The position numbers and the translations under genes were made by a program. The notes beneath the pieces are model-generated. The model was not told where the DNA came from. It worked only from the letters and a program-made list of their open reading frames with translations, and ran no database searches. Positions 27,832-36,364 of a stretch of 64,000 nucleotides of DNA are shown one piece after another (the stretch's first letter is position 1; each line of letters begins with the position of its first letter). The stretch is from the NCBI GenBank assembly GCA_963816275.1, contig CAWFJU010000005.1, positions 221,900 through 285,899 on the forward strand, written 5' to 3'. The stretch is from an uncultured Actinomycetes bacterium (GTDB lineage Bacteria; Actinomycetota; UBA4738; HRBIN12).

Positions 27832-29184
27832 GTGCCCGCCGTGACCGACCCGCGTCGGCCGTACCGGGCGCTGGTCGCCGTGGTCGCGTATCACCTCGAC
27901 GGGAGCCGCGTCGCGCGCTGGCCCGACGGAGGCTACGGGGTCCCGGCGCCCTACCTCGACGCCTTGAGACGGGCGGGCGCTCGCACCGCGATCGTCTCGC
28001 CCGGCGAGGACGGCGTCCCCGAGGAGCTGCTCGAACCGTTCGACGGGCTGCTGCTCGTCGGCGGCGGCGACGTCGACCCCACCCGGTACGGCGCCGAGCC
28101 GGACACCGAGCACAACTACGGCGTGGAGCAGGACCGCGACGCGTTCGAGGTCGGGTTGCTCCGTGCTGCGGACCGGATGCACCTGCCCACGCTCTGCATC
28201 TGCCGCGGGATGCAGCTCATGAACGTCGCGTTCGGCGGAACCCTCCATCAGCACCTGCCGGGGATGCCGGGACTCCTCCAGCACGGCGTTCCGATGGAGG
28301 GCACCGACACGCTGCACCTCGTGGCCCCGGAACCGGGCACCCTGCTCTCGGCCACCACGAAGACCGAGGCGCTCACCTGCTCCTCGCACCACCATCAAGG
28401 GGTCGATCGCGTCGGGGCAGGCTTGCTCGTGACCGGGCGGAGTCCCGACGGCCTCGTCGAGGCGATCGAGCTCGCGGGGGCCGACGGCAACGATCCGGAG
28501 CACACGACCTGGATGCTCGGCGTGCAGTGGCACCCGGAGGAGACCGCGGCGAGCGACCCTGATCAGCAGGTGCTGTTCGATGCCTTCGTGAACCTGGCCC
28601 GCTGGCGGGGCCAGCTCGCCCGTCCCGGCGACCCGCTGGGCCGGGGCCGCGACTACGGTCTGGAGGAACCCGATCCATCGTGGCCCACCCGATACGAGGC
28701 GGAGGCGAGCCGGATCCAGGCGGCGTTGCCGCCTGAGCTCGTGACCAGGATCGACCACATCGGATCCACGTCGGTTCCCGGCCTGCCGGCCAAGCCGTAC
28801 ATCGACATCCAGGTCTCGGTGTCCTCGATGGTTCCCCGCGATGCCTACGTCGAGCCGCTCGTCGCGATCGGCTATCGATGGCGGCCGGACGGCTACGACG
28901 ACACGCACGAGTTCCTCTCGATCGACGACGGCGACGAACGCGCCGTGAACCTCCACGTGACGCAGGCCGGCAGCGACTGGGAACAGCGGCATCTCGCCTT
29001 CCGCGATGCCCTGCGGAGGGACCCGGGCACGGCCGCAGAGTACGCGGCCCTCAAGCGGCGTCTCGCGGCGGACCATCCGCGAGACATCGTCCGATACGTG
29101 CAGGGCAAGAGCGCGTTCATCCGTGCCGTCGAGGAACGCGCGACCGCGGACACGGACCAGGCCGGGAACCGGCGGCAAGGATGA
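27832..29184 (+). CDS. Apparent fusion of a gamma-glutamyl hydrolase (peptidase C26, PuuD-like) with a C-terminal GrpB (UPF0157) domain.
   Basis: N-terminal half: LLLVGGGDVDP, LPTLCICRGMQLMNVAFGGTLHQHL, GVQWHPE. C-terminal half: EEPDPSWPTRYEAEASRIQAAL...IDHIGSTSVPGLPAKPYIDIQVSV...LHVTQAGS...FRDALRRDP. One uninterrupted 450-aa frame with no usable start codon between the halves. Confidence 0.75.
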   Translation: MPAVTDPRRPYRALVAVVAYHLDGSRVARWPDGGYGVPAPYLDALRRAGARTAIVSPGEDGVPEELLEPFDGLLLVGGGDVDPTRYGAEPDTEHNYGVEQDRDAFEVGLLRAADRMHLPTLCICRGMQLMNVAFGGTLHQHLPGMPGLLQHGVPMEGTDTLHLVAPEPGTLLSATTKTEALTCSSHHHQGVDRVGAGLLVTGRSPDGLVEAIELAGADGNDPEHTTWMLGVQWHPEETAASDPDQQVLFDAFVNLARWRGQLARPGDPLGRGRDYGLEEPDPSWPTRYEAEASRIQAALPPELVTRIDHIGSTSVPGLPAKPYIDIQVSVSSMVPRDAYVEPLVAIGYRWRPDGYDDTHEFLSIDDGDERAVNLHVTQAGSDWEQRHLAFRDALRRDPGTAAEYAALKRRLAADHPRDIVRYVQGKSAFIRAVEERATADTDQAGNRRQG

Positions 29185-29397
29185 GCTAGCGCTCCCGGGC
29201 GCTTCCCTGGATAATCCGCGGCATCGCGAGGGCAGGCGCCGCACGGATCGCGGCGACCGGGGGGAGTGAGGGAGCATCCGCACGGGTCTCGGCATGTCAT
29301 GCCGAACGTTCGCTACCGCCGTGAACGCGGCGGCATCCCAGCTCGCCGCACGGGTGAAGCGTAGGCTTGCGCCAGGCCAACCCGCAGAAGGGCTCGC

Positions 29398-30501
29398 ATG
29401 ACGGAGATCCGCGTGGTGCGCGCCACCGGCGACGGCTTCGACCGGGGCGTGCAGATCGGCAAGGAGCTCGCCGATCTGATCCAGCGTTCGATCGACTTCT
29501 ACCACCGGTACCTCGAACGTCGCGGCGTCTCGTCCGAGCGGCTCCAGGATCTGCTGACCCCGTACCTCGTCGCCTCGGAGACCGCCTATCCCGAGGCGAT
29601 GGCCGTCCTCAAGGGCATGTCGGTCGGCGCCTTCGTCCCGATCCTCGAGCTCTTCGCGGTCAACGCCTTCGAGGAGCTCGAACCGCTCCTCGAGCAGCCC
29701 GAGGGCGAGCTCCTGTTCCTCCAGAAGAAGGAGGGCTACGTTCGGCCTCCCGGGGCGCCAGATCGCTGTTCGAGCCTTTCCGTGAGCCTGCCCGGAACCA
29801 CACTGCTCGCCCACAACGAGCACTGGCTGGCCGGTGACGTCGGGAACGTCGCGGTCGTCGTGGACGTACCCGAGAACGGCCGCGTCCCGGTCGCCTCTCC
29901 CACGGTCGTCTGTTGCCTGCCGGCGGTCGGCATGAACGCGCACGGGGCGGCGCAGGGCATCGGCTCGCTCACCGCATCCGACGACGGGGTCGGCGTGCCG
30001 CGCGTGCTGGTCTCGCGCAGTTCGCTCGAGGCGCGCGATCGGGCGGACGCGCTGGCCCGCGCCTCGATGCTGGGACGCGCCGGTGGCTACGGGCACGTCT
30101 ACGCGTTCCCCGGTGGTGAGGCGTTCACGATCGAGACGACCGGCACTCGACGCGCGTTGCTCGACCGTCCCGGACCGCACACGAACCACTACCAGGACCC
30201 TGAGCTCGGCGCGATGGCGCCGCCCGCGTCCGAGGGGAGCACCGCCCGACTCGCCCGGCTCCGAACGCTACTCGCCGAACGCGACCCGCGCACGCCCGAC
30301 CAACTGATGGACATGATGCGCGATCACGACTCCGCCCCGCAGGCGATCTGCCTCCACCCGGACCCGGACGAGGGTGAAGAGGCGAGCGCCTGCTTGTTCT
30401 CGATGGTGGCCGACGTCGAGGCGCGCCGCATGTGGGTCGCCGAGGGCAATCCCTGCGAGCACGACTACCTCGAGATCGACCTCACGGATCTCACGATCTG
30501 A
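29398..30501 (+). CDS. Peptidase C45 / acyl-CoA:6-APA-acyltransferase-family Ntn hydrolase.
   Basis: 367-aa ORF with a candidate nucleophile at DRCSSLSV, then TLLAHNEHW and FTIETTG. Family call is from overall pattern only. Confidence 0.6.
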   Translation: MTEIRVVRATGDGFDRGVQIGKELADLIQRSIDFYHRYLERRGVSSERLQDLLTPYLVASETAYPEAMAVLKGMSVGAFVPILELFAVNAFEELEPLLEQPEGELLFLQKKEGYVRPPGAPDRCSSLSVSLPGTTLLAHNEHWLAGDVGNVAVVVDVPENGRVPVASPTVVCCLPAVGMNAHGAAQGIGSLTASDDGVGVPRVLVSRSSLEARDRADALARASMLGRAGGYGHVYAFPGGEAFTIETTGTRRALLDRPGPHTNHYQDPELGAMAPPASEGSTARLARLRTLLAERDPRTPDQLMDMMRDHDSAPQAICLHPDPDEGEEASACLFSMVADVEARRMWVAEGNPCEHDYLEIDLTDLTI

Positions 30502-30514
30502 TGGAGCCGGCCCG

Positions 30515-31486
30515 ATGACGGACGTCGCCGCCACCCGCTTCGGTCCGCCGCTCCCCGACGGCGGGACGATCGGCGTCTGCTCGCCGAGCGGCCCGTACTT
30601 CAACCGGAGCGACATCCTCCGGCCGGTGGAATGGTGGGAGGCCAAGGGCTACCGCGTGAAGCTCGCGGACGGCGCCTGGGCCAAGGACGACTACGTGGCC
30701 GGCTCGCCCGAGCAGCGGGCCGCCGACCTGAACGCGTTGTTCGCCGACCCCGAGGTCGACGTGATCCAGGTGTTGTGGGGGGGAACGGGGGCGATCGACG
30801 TGCTCCCGCATCTCGACTACGACCTGATCGCCGCGAACCCCAAGGCCCTGATGGGGTATTCCGACATCACGAACCTGCACATCGCGATCCGGCAGCGGAC
30901 CGGGCTCGCCACGTTCCACGGTCCCGGGCTCGGGTCGATGGGGATCCCCGAGCGAACGGACTTCACGTGGAACTCGGCGCTCGAGGCGTTCAAGACGGGC
31001 GCCGCGGGGCCGGTGCCCCGCGATCCCGACGACCCCTACGTGCGCGCGATCGCCGGCGGTACGGTGACGGCGCCGATCGTCGGCGGCAACCTATTCACGT
31101 TCGTCCATCTGATCGGCACGCCGTTCGAGCCGGTGTTCGACGGAGGCATCCTGCTGTTCGAGGAGGTGCACGAGCCGCCGTACGTGATCGACGTCCACCT
31201 GAGCCAACTGACGATGGCCGGCAAGCTCGAGACCGTCGCCGGCGTCGTCGTCGGCGAGCTGAAGGATTGTGACTGGAGCGAGGAGCGTCCCGATGCGCCC
31301 CGCACCCGCTCGATCGAGGATGTGCTCGAACGCCATCTAGCTCCATTGGGTGTCCCAGTGCTATACAAGCTGCCTCTCGGCCACGGGAAACATCTCGCGA
31401 GCATCCCGCTGGGCGTCATCGCGACCCTGGACGCGGACGGCAAGGAGCTGACGATCGACCAACCTGGCGTCGCGTCGGCGTCGTAA
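30515..31486 (+). CDS. LD-carboxypeptidase (peptidase S66, LdcA/MccF-like).
   Basis: IGVCSPSGP, nucleophile motif MGYSDITNLH, GGNLFTFVHLIGTP, LPLGHGKH. Confidence 0.85.
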   Translation: MTDVAATRFGPPLPDGGTIGVCSPSGPYFNRSDILRPVEWWEAKGYRVKLADGAWAKDDYVAGSPEQRAADLNALFADPEVDVIQVLWGGTGAIDVLPHLDYDLIAANPKALMGYSDITNLHIAIRQRTGLATFHGPGLGSMGIPERTDFTWNSALEAFKTGAAGPVPRDPDDPYVRAIAGGTVTAPIVGGNLFTFVHLIGTPFEPVFDGGILLFEEVHEPPYVIDVHLSQLTMAGKLETVAGVVVGELKDCDWSEERPDAPRTRSIEDVLERHLAPLGVPVLYKLPLGHGKHLASIPLGVIATLDADGKELTIDQPGVASAS

Positions 31487-31533
31487 GACGGGTAAGACCT
31501 GATCGGAGGGATCGTCATGGAAGGAGGCACGGC

Positions 31534-33378
31534 ATGAGGAGGGCGCGACGCTACGTCGCCGCAACGGCCGTGCTCGGGATGCTCGTGGGGATCTCCCTGT
31601 CGAGCTCCGCGCTGGCGCAAGATGCCAGCTCGAGCGCGTCTGCGGAACCCCTGACGTTCATCATCGGGCTGACGAACAACGTGGTCACGTTCAACCCGCT
31701 CACGGCGATCGAGGCACCCGAGTACGAGGTGAACGGGATGCAGTACAACCTGCTGTTCGGGTTCGCGCAGGACGACATGTCCGCGACGCCCGAGATCGCG
31801 GCGGAGATCCCCACCCAGGAGAACGGCGGGCTCTCCGCGGACGGCTTGACCTGGACGATCAAGATCAAGCCCGGCTTGAAGTGGAGCGACGGAGAGCCGC
31901 TGACGGCCAACGACGTCGCCTACACCTACAACCTGATCCTCGACGACAACTTCTCGGCGTTCACGAACTACCTGCCGTTCACGGACTCGATCACGGCCCA
32001 GGACGACACGACGCTGATCTGGAAGACCACGAAGCCCAGTATCGCGCCGCTGATCCCGCCGTGGATCTACATCCTGCCCGAGCACACCTGGTCCAAATTC
32101 AAGGACAAGGACGCGATCAAGGCGTACAGCGGGTTCCCCGACCAGGTGACGTCGGGACCGTTCCAGGTCACCCAGTGGAACAAGGACGAGGACTGGACCC
32201 TCACGAAGAACCCGAACTGGTGGGGTACCGAGCCCACGATCGACCGGGTGATCTTCAAGAAGTACTCGAACGAGGAGACGATGGTGCAGGACCTCGAGGC
32301 CGGCGCGATCGACTTCGCCGAGAGCATCCCCGTCGACCTGTTCCAATCGCTGCAGGGCAAGGAAGACCAGGGGATCACGACGAACGTCGGCGGATCGTTC
32401 TCGTTCTCACAGATGAGCTTCAACCAGTGTTACGTGCAGAAGGCCTGCGCCGAAAGCACGGGACACCCGGCGCTCGAGGACGTCAACGTCCGGACGGCCG
32501 TGGCGATGGCGATCAACAAGGAGCAGCTCGTCGACCGGATCCTGGGCGGCTACGGCACACCCGGGTCGACGATCGTCGTCCCGACCACGCCGTTCTGGCA
32601 CTGGGATCCGGCTGATCAGACGATCCCGTGGGACATCGATGGGGCGAACAAGCTCCTCGACGACAACGGCTACGTCGACTCGAACGGCGACGGGATCCGG
32701 AACATGCCGGGCGGCGGCGAGGAGCTGGACTTCCGGTTCATCGTGCGCTCCGAGTCACCGGACCAGATCAAGGCCGGCAAACTCATCTCGGGCTGGCTGA
32801 AGCAGATCGGCGTCGGCACGCAGACGACCGCCGTGACCGACGCGAAGCTGATCGACGCCTGGCTCGCGAGCGACTTCGACCTGTACATCTGGGGCTGGGG
32901 TCCCGACCCCGACCCGGACTTCATCCTTTCGTCGTTCACGACCGATCAATGCGGCGTGTGGAGCGACACCTGCATCTCGAACGCGGAGTTCGACCAGCTC
33001 TACGACGAGCAGCGGGCCGCGACGAGTCCCGACGACCGGGCCGTGATCGTCAAGCAGATGCAGGAGATCCTCTACACGCAGGTCCCCGAGGTCGTCCTCT
33101 GGTACGACAACGACCTGCAGGCCTGGAACAGCAACAAGTGGACCGGTTTCCAGCTGCAGCCGACCCCGAACGCCGACGGTGACGGCGGCTACGCCCTGTT
33201 CCAGTACGGGACGTACTCGTACGAGAACATCCAGCCGGTCTCGGGCAGCGGAGCGGGATCGGTCACCAACTCCGGTATCTCGGCCGGGATCTGGATCGCG
33301 ATCTTGGCCGGCATCCTCGTGGTGGTGGGCGCGGTGGTGCTCGTGCGCCGCGGTGGATCCGACGAGGACAGGGCCTGA
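31534..33378 (+). CDS. Family-5 (peptide/nickel) ABC substrate-binding protein with an N-terminal signal peptide and an extra C-terminal TM anchor.
   Basis: MRRARRYVAATAVLGMLVGISLSSSALAQD...; family-5 core (WTIKIKPGLKWSDGEPLTANDVAYTYN); C-terminus GSGAGSVTNSGISAGIWIAILAGILVVVGAVVLVRRGGSDEDRA. Confidence 0.85.
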   Translation: MRRARRYVAATAVLGMLVGISLSSSALAQDASSSASAEPLTFIIGLTNNVVTFNPLTAIEAPEYEVNGMQYNLLFGFAQDDMSATPEIAAEIPTQENGGLSADGLTWTIKIKPGLKWSDGEPLTANDVAYTYNLILDDNFSAFTNYLPFTDSITAQDDTTLIWKTTKPSIAPLIPPWIYILPEHTWSKFKDKDAIKAYSGFPDQVTSGPFQVTQWNKDEDWTLTKNPNWWGTEPTIDRVIFKKYSNEETMVQDLEAGAIDFAESIPVDLFQSLQGKEDQGITTNVGGSFSFSQMSFNQCYVQKACAESTGHPALEDVNVRTAVAMAINKEQLVDRILGGYGTPGSTIVVPTTPFWHWDPADQTIPWDIDGANKLLDDNGYVDSNGDGIRNMPGGGEELDFRFIVRSESPDQIKAGKLISGWLKQIGVGTQTTAVTDAKLIDAWLASDFDLYIWGWGPDPDPDFILSSFTTDQCGVWSDTCISNAEFDQLYDEQRAATSPDDRAVIVKQMQEILYTQVPEVVLWYDNDLQAWNSNKWTGFQLQPTPNADGDGGYALFQYGTYSYENIQPVSGSGAGSVTNSGISAGIWIAILAGILVVVGAVVLVRRGGSDEDRA

Positions 33379-33426
33379 CCGGCTCGCTAGGCTGACGGCC
33401 TCGGGAAGGAAGGAGCGGAGCGCAGG

Positions 33427-34413
33427 GTGGGGACGCGTGGATACATCCTGAGGAAGGTGTTCCAGGCGTTCCTCACCCTGCTCGCCGTGATCGTCTTCAA
33501 CTTCTTCCTGTTCCGGATCCTGCCCGCCGACCCCGTGGACATCCTGACCCGAGGGGCGGGCGCGAAGCTGAACGAGGCGGAGAAGGCCGAGCTCCGCGCG
33601 AGCTACGGCCTGGACAAGCCGGTCTTCCCCGGGCAGTTCCTCGACTACATGGGCGACACGCTGCGAGGCGATCTCGGGCAGTCGATCATCCAGCGCCCGG
33701 GCGAGGACGTCACGGCGGTGTTCGGCGAGTACATGTGGCCCACGCTGCTGCTGGTGGGGGTCTCGACGGTCGTGTCGACGGTGCTCGGCATCTTCATGGG
33801 CATCTATGCGGGATGGAAACGCAACGGCAAGTTCGACCTGTTCTCGATGGGCTTCTCCCTCGTCCTGTACTCGATGCCCGAGTTCTGGCTGGGCATGCTG
33901 TTGATCCTGTTGTTCTCCACCACCCTCGGCTGGTTCCCGAGCTCGGGGCGGGCGACCGTCGGCGACGTCTACACGGGCACGGCTGCGGTCGCCGACATCC
34001 TCAACCACCTCTTCCTGCCCGCGCTCACCCTGACGCTCGCCTACCTCGGCGAGTACTACCTGATCATGCGGTCGTCGCTGCTGGACGTGCTCGGCGAGGA
34101 CTACATCACGACCGCGCGTGCCAAGGGCGTGCGCGAGAAGTGGGTGCTGCGGCGCCACGCGGTTCGCAACGCCCTCCTGCCCACGATCACGCTGATCGCT
34201 CTCTCGTTCGGGTTCGTCCTGGGTGGCGCGATCACGGTCGAGGTGGTGTTCGGCTACAAGGGGCTCGGCGGCCTGACGTACGACGCCTTGCAGAACCGCG
34301 ACTTCCCGCTGCTCCAAGGGATGTTCTTGATCTCGAGCGCCACCGTGATCGGCATGAACCTCGTGGCCGACCTGATCTACGGCTACTTCGATCCACGGGT
34401 GAGGGAGGCCTGA
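33427..34413 (+). CDS. Peptide ABC transporter permease (DppB/OppB-like).
   Basis: 328-aa ORF: ILRKVFQAFLTLLAVIVFNFFLFRILP and the EAA-like region YITTARAKGVREKWVLRRHAVRNAL. Confidence 0.9.
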   Translation: MGTRGYILRKVFQAFLTLLAVIVFNFFLFRILPADPVDILTRGAGAKLNEAEKAELRASYGLDKPVFPGQFLDYMGDTLRGDLGQSIIQRPGEDVTAVFGEYMWPTLLLVGVSTVVSTVLGIFMGIYAGWKRNGKFDLFSMGFSLVLYSMPEFWLGMLLILLFSTTLGWFPSSGRATVGDVYTGTAAVADILNHLFLPALTLTLAYLGEYYLIMRSSLLDVLGEDYITTARAKGVREKWVLRRHAVRNALLPTITLIALSFGFVLGGAITVEVVFGYKGLGGLTYDALQNRDFPLLQGMFLISSATVIGMNLVADLIYGYFDPRVREA

Positions 34414-35374
34414 TGCAGCGCCGCCCATCTCGCCCGGGGGTGACCCGAACGTCGCCGGCGATCGCGTCCCCGAGTCGCTCGCCGAGGTGCGCAGCCCGCG
34501 CCAGATCCGCCGAGCGCGGCACCGTCGTGGCCGCGCCGCCTTCTGGAAGCAGTACCGCAAGAGCAAGATGGGGATGGCCGGGCTCCTGATCCTCGCGTTC
34601 TTCGTCGCGATGGCGATCTACGCGGTCTTCGCGAGCAAGAACGGCCTGGACCCGACCCTGGTGAACGGGCCGCGGCTGGCCCCCCCGTCCCTCGAGTACC
34701 CGCTCGGGACCGACGACTTCGGGGTCTCGGTGCTGACCCAGGTGGTCCAGGGCTCGAAGATCTCGCTCCTGGTCGGGCTCGCGGCGACGGTGATGTCGAT
34801 CGCGATCGGCGCGCTTGGTCGGGATCGTGGCCGGCTACCGCGGCGGCGCCTACGAGACCCTGCTGATGCGCCTCACCGACTTCGGCTCGTGGTCCCCTGG
34901 CTCGCCCTCGCGATCGTCCTGGCGTCGATCATCGGGCCCTCGTTGGTCATGATCATCCTCGTGATCGGGCTCACGTCGTGGCCGGGCACCGCCCGGCTCG
35001 TCCGGGCGCAGGTGCTGTCGATCCGCGAACGCCCGTACGTCGAGCGAGCCCGCGCGCTCGGAGGCGGGCACTGGCACATGATCGGCCGCCACGTCCTGCC
35101 GAACGTGATGCCGGTGATCCTCGCGAACACGGTCCTCACGGTCGCGATCGCGATCCTGTCCGAGTCCGCGCTGTCGTTCCTCGGCCTCGGCGACCCGTTC
35201 AGCATCTCGTGGGGCGCGATCATCGAGTAGGCGTTCAACGGCGGGCGCCACGACCCTCGGCGCCTGGTGGTGGCTCTGCCGCCCGGCGTGTGCATCGTGC
35301 TGGTCGTGCTGGCGTTCACGATGTGCGGCTTCGCCCTCGACGAGATCATCAACCCGAAGCTGCGGGAGCGCTGA
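34413..35374 (+). pseudogene. Peptide ABC transporter permease (DppC/OppC-like), disrupted by several frameshifts and one in-frame TAG.
   Basis: ATG overlaps the previous stop (TGATG). FWKQYRKSKMGMAGLLILAFF..., GLTSWPGTARLVRAQVLSIRERPYVERARALG, then WGAIIE-TAG(35228-35230)-AFNGG... and the expected tail CIVLVVLAFTMCGFALDEIINPKLRER. Confidence 0.75.
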
Positions 35375-35375
35375 A

Positions 35376-36364
35376 ATGAGCGTCCTGAGCCTCAACGACC
35401 TCCGCATCACGTACCACACAGCCTCCGGCGGCGTGCCGGCCGTCCGCGGGGTGAACTTCGAGATCGACAAGGGCGAGGTGCTCGGCCTCGCCGGCGAGTC
35501 CGGGTGCGGGAAGTCGACGATCGCCGCGGCGATCCTGCGGCTCCTGCCCGGCACGACGAAGGTCGAGGGATCGATCACGCTCGACGGCGAGGACGTCCTG
35601 GCGATGAAGCCCGGGCGGCTCCGCGCCGTCCGCTGGACCGGGGCGTCGATCGTCTTCCAGGGCGCGATGCACGCGCTCAACCCCGTCAAGCGGGTCGGCG
35701 ATCAGATCGCCGAGGCGATCACCGTGCACGACCAGGCCGGCGAGACGGGAGGCGCACGTGCGCGCGGGCGCGCTGCTCGAGCAGGTGGGCCTGCCGCCGC
35801 GCCGTGCGATCGACTTCCCGCACGAGCTCTCGGGCGGGCAGAAGCAGCGCGTGATGATCGCGATGGCGCTGGCGTGCAACCCGTCGCTCGTGATCGCCGA
35901 CGAGCCGACGACCGCGCTCGACGTGATGGTGCAGGCGCAGGTCCTGCAGCTGCTGAAGGAGCTGCAGCGCGACCTCGGCCTGGCGATGCTCTTCATCACG
36001 CACGACCTGTCGGTGCTCGTCGAGGTCTCCGACCGGCTCGCGATCATGTACGCGGGCAAGATCGTCGAGGAGGGGCCGGCCGAGACGTCTTCCACGACCC
36101 GAAGCACCCCTACACGGAGGCGCTCGCGGCCGCGTTCCCCGAGATCGGCGACCGACGGTTCCGCGGGAACCCGACCGGGCCTGGGCGGCGACCCGCCCGA
36201 CCCGCAGCAGATCCCCGCGGGGTGCCCGTTCCACCCGCGATGCCCGGTGGCGTTCGACGACTGCGAGCACGATCGACCCCGAGCTGTACCCGGCGGGCGA
36301 GGGCCGTCGGGCCGCGTGCCTGCTCGTCGAGGGCGCCGGCCGGCGCCGCGGAGGTGACGAATGA
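35376..36364 (+). pseudogene. Peptide ABC transporter ATPase (DppD/OppD-like), frame broken several times.
   Basis: GESGCGKST (Walker A), [26 protein letters not shown], then the oligopeptide C-terminal domain HPYTEAL...GCPFHPRCP, spread over three frames. Confidence 0.75.

Noticed and set aside
29185-29397. Guanidine-II (mini-ykkC) or c-di-AMP (ydaO) riboswitch, suggested by the ACGG-containing repeats and GGGUGAAG-like strings.
   Set aside because: The ACGG motifs do not sit in tetraloops closed by G-C stems. The ydaO hallmark segments, such as the CAGCUAAC-type 3' element, are absent. The region is kept only as an unclassified structured leader.
35228-35230. TAG as pyrrolysine or other programmed recoding.
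   Set aside because: No pyl genes or recoding element are present. The gene also carries several plain frameshifts, and the neighbouring ABC genes are broken too. An error or pseudogene is far more likely.
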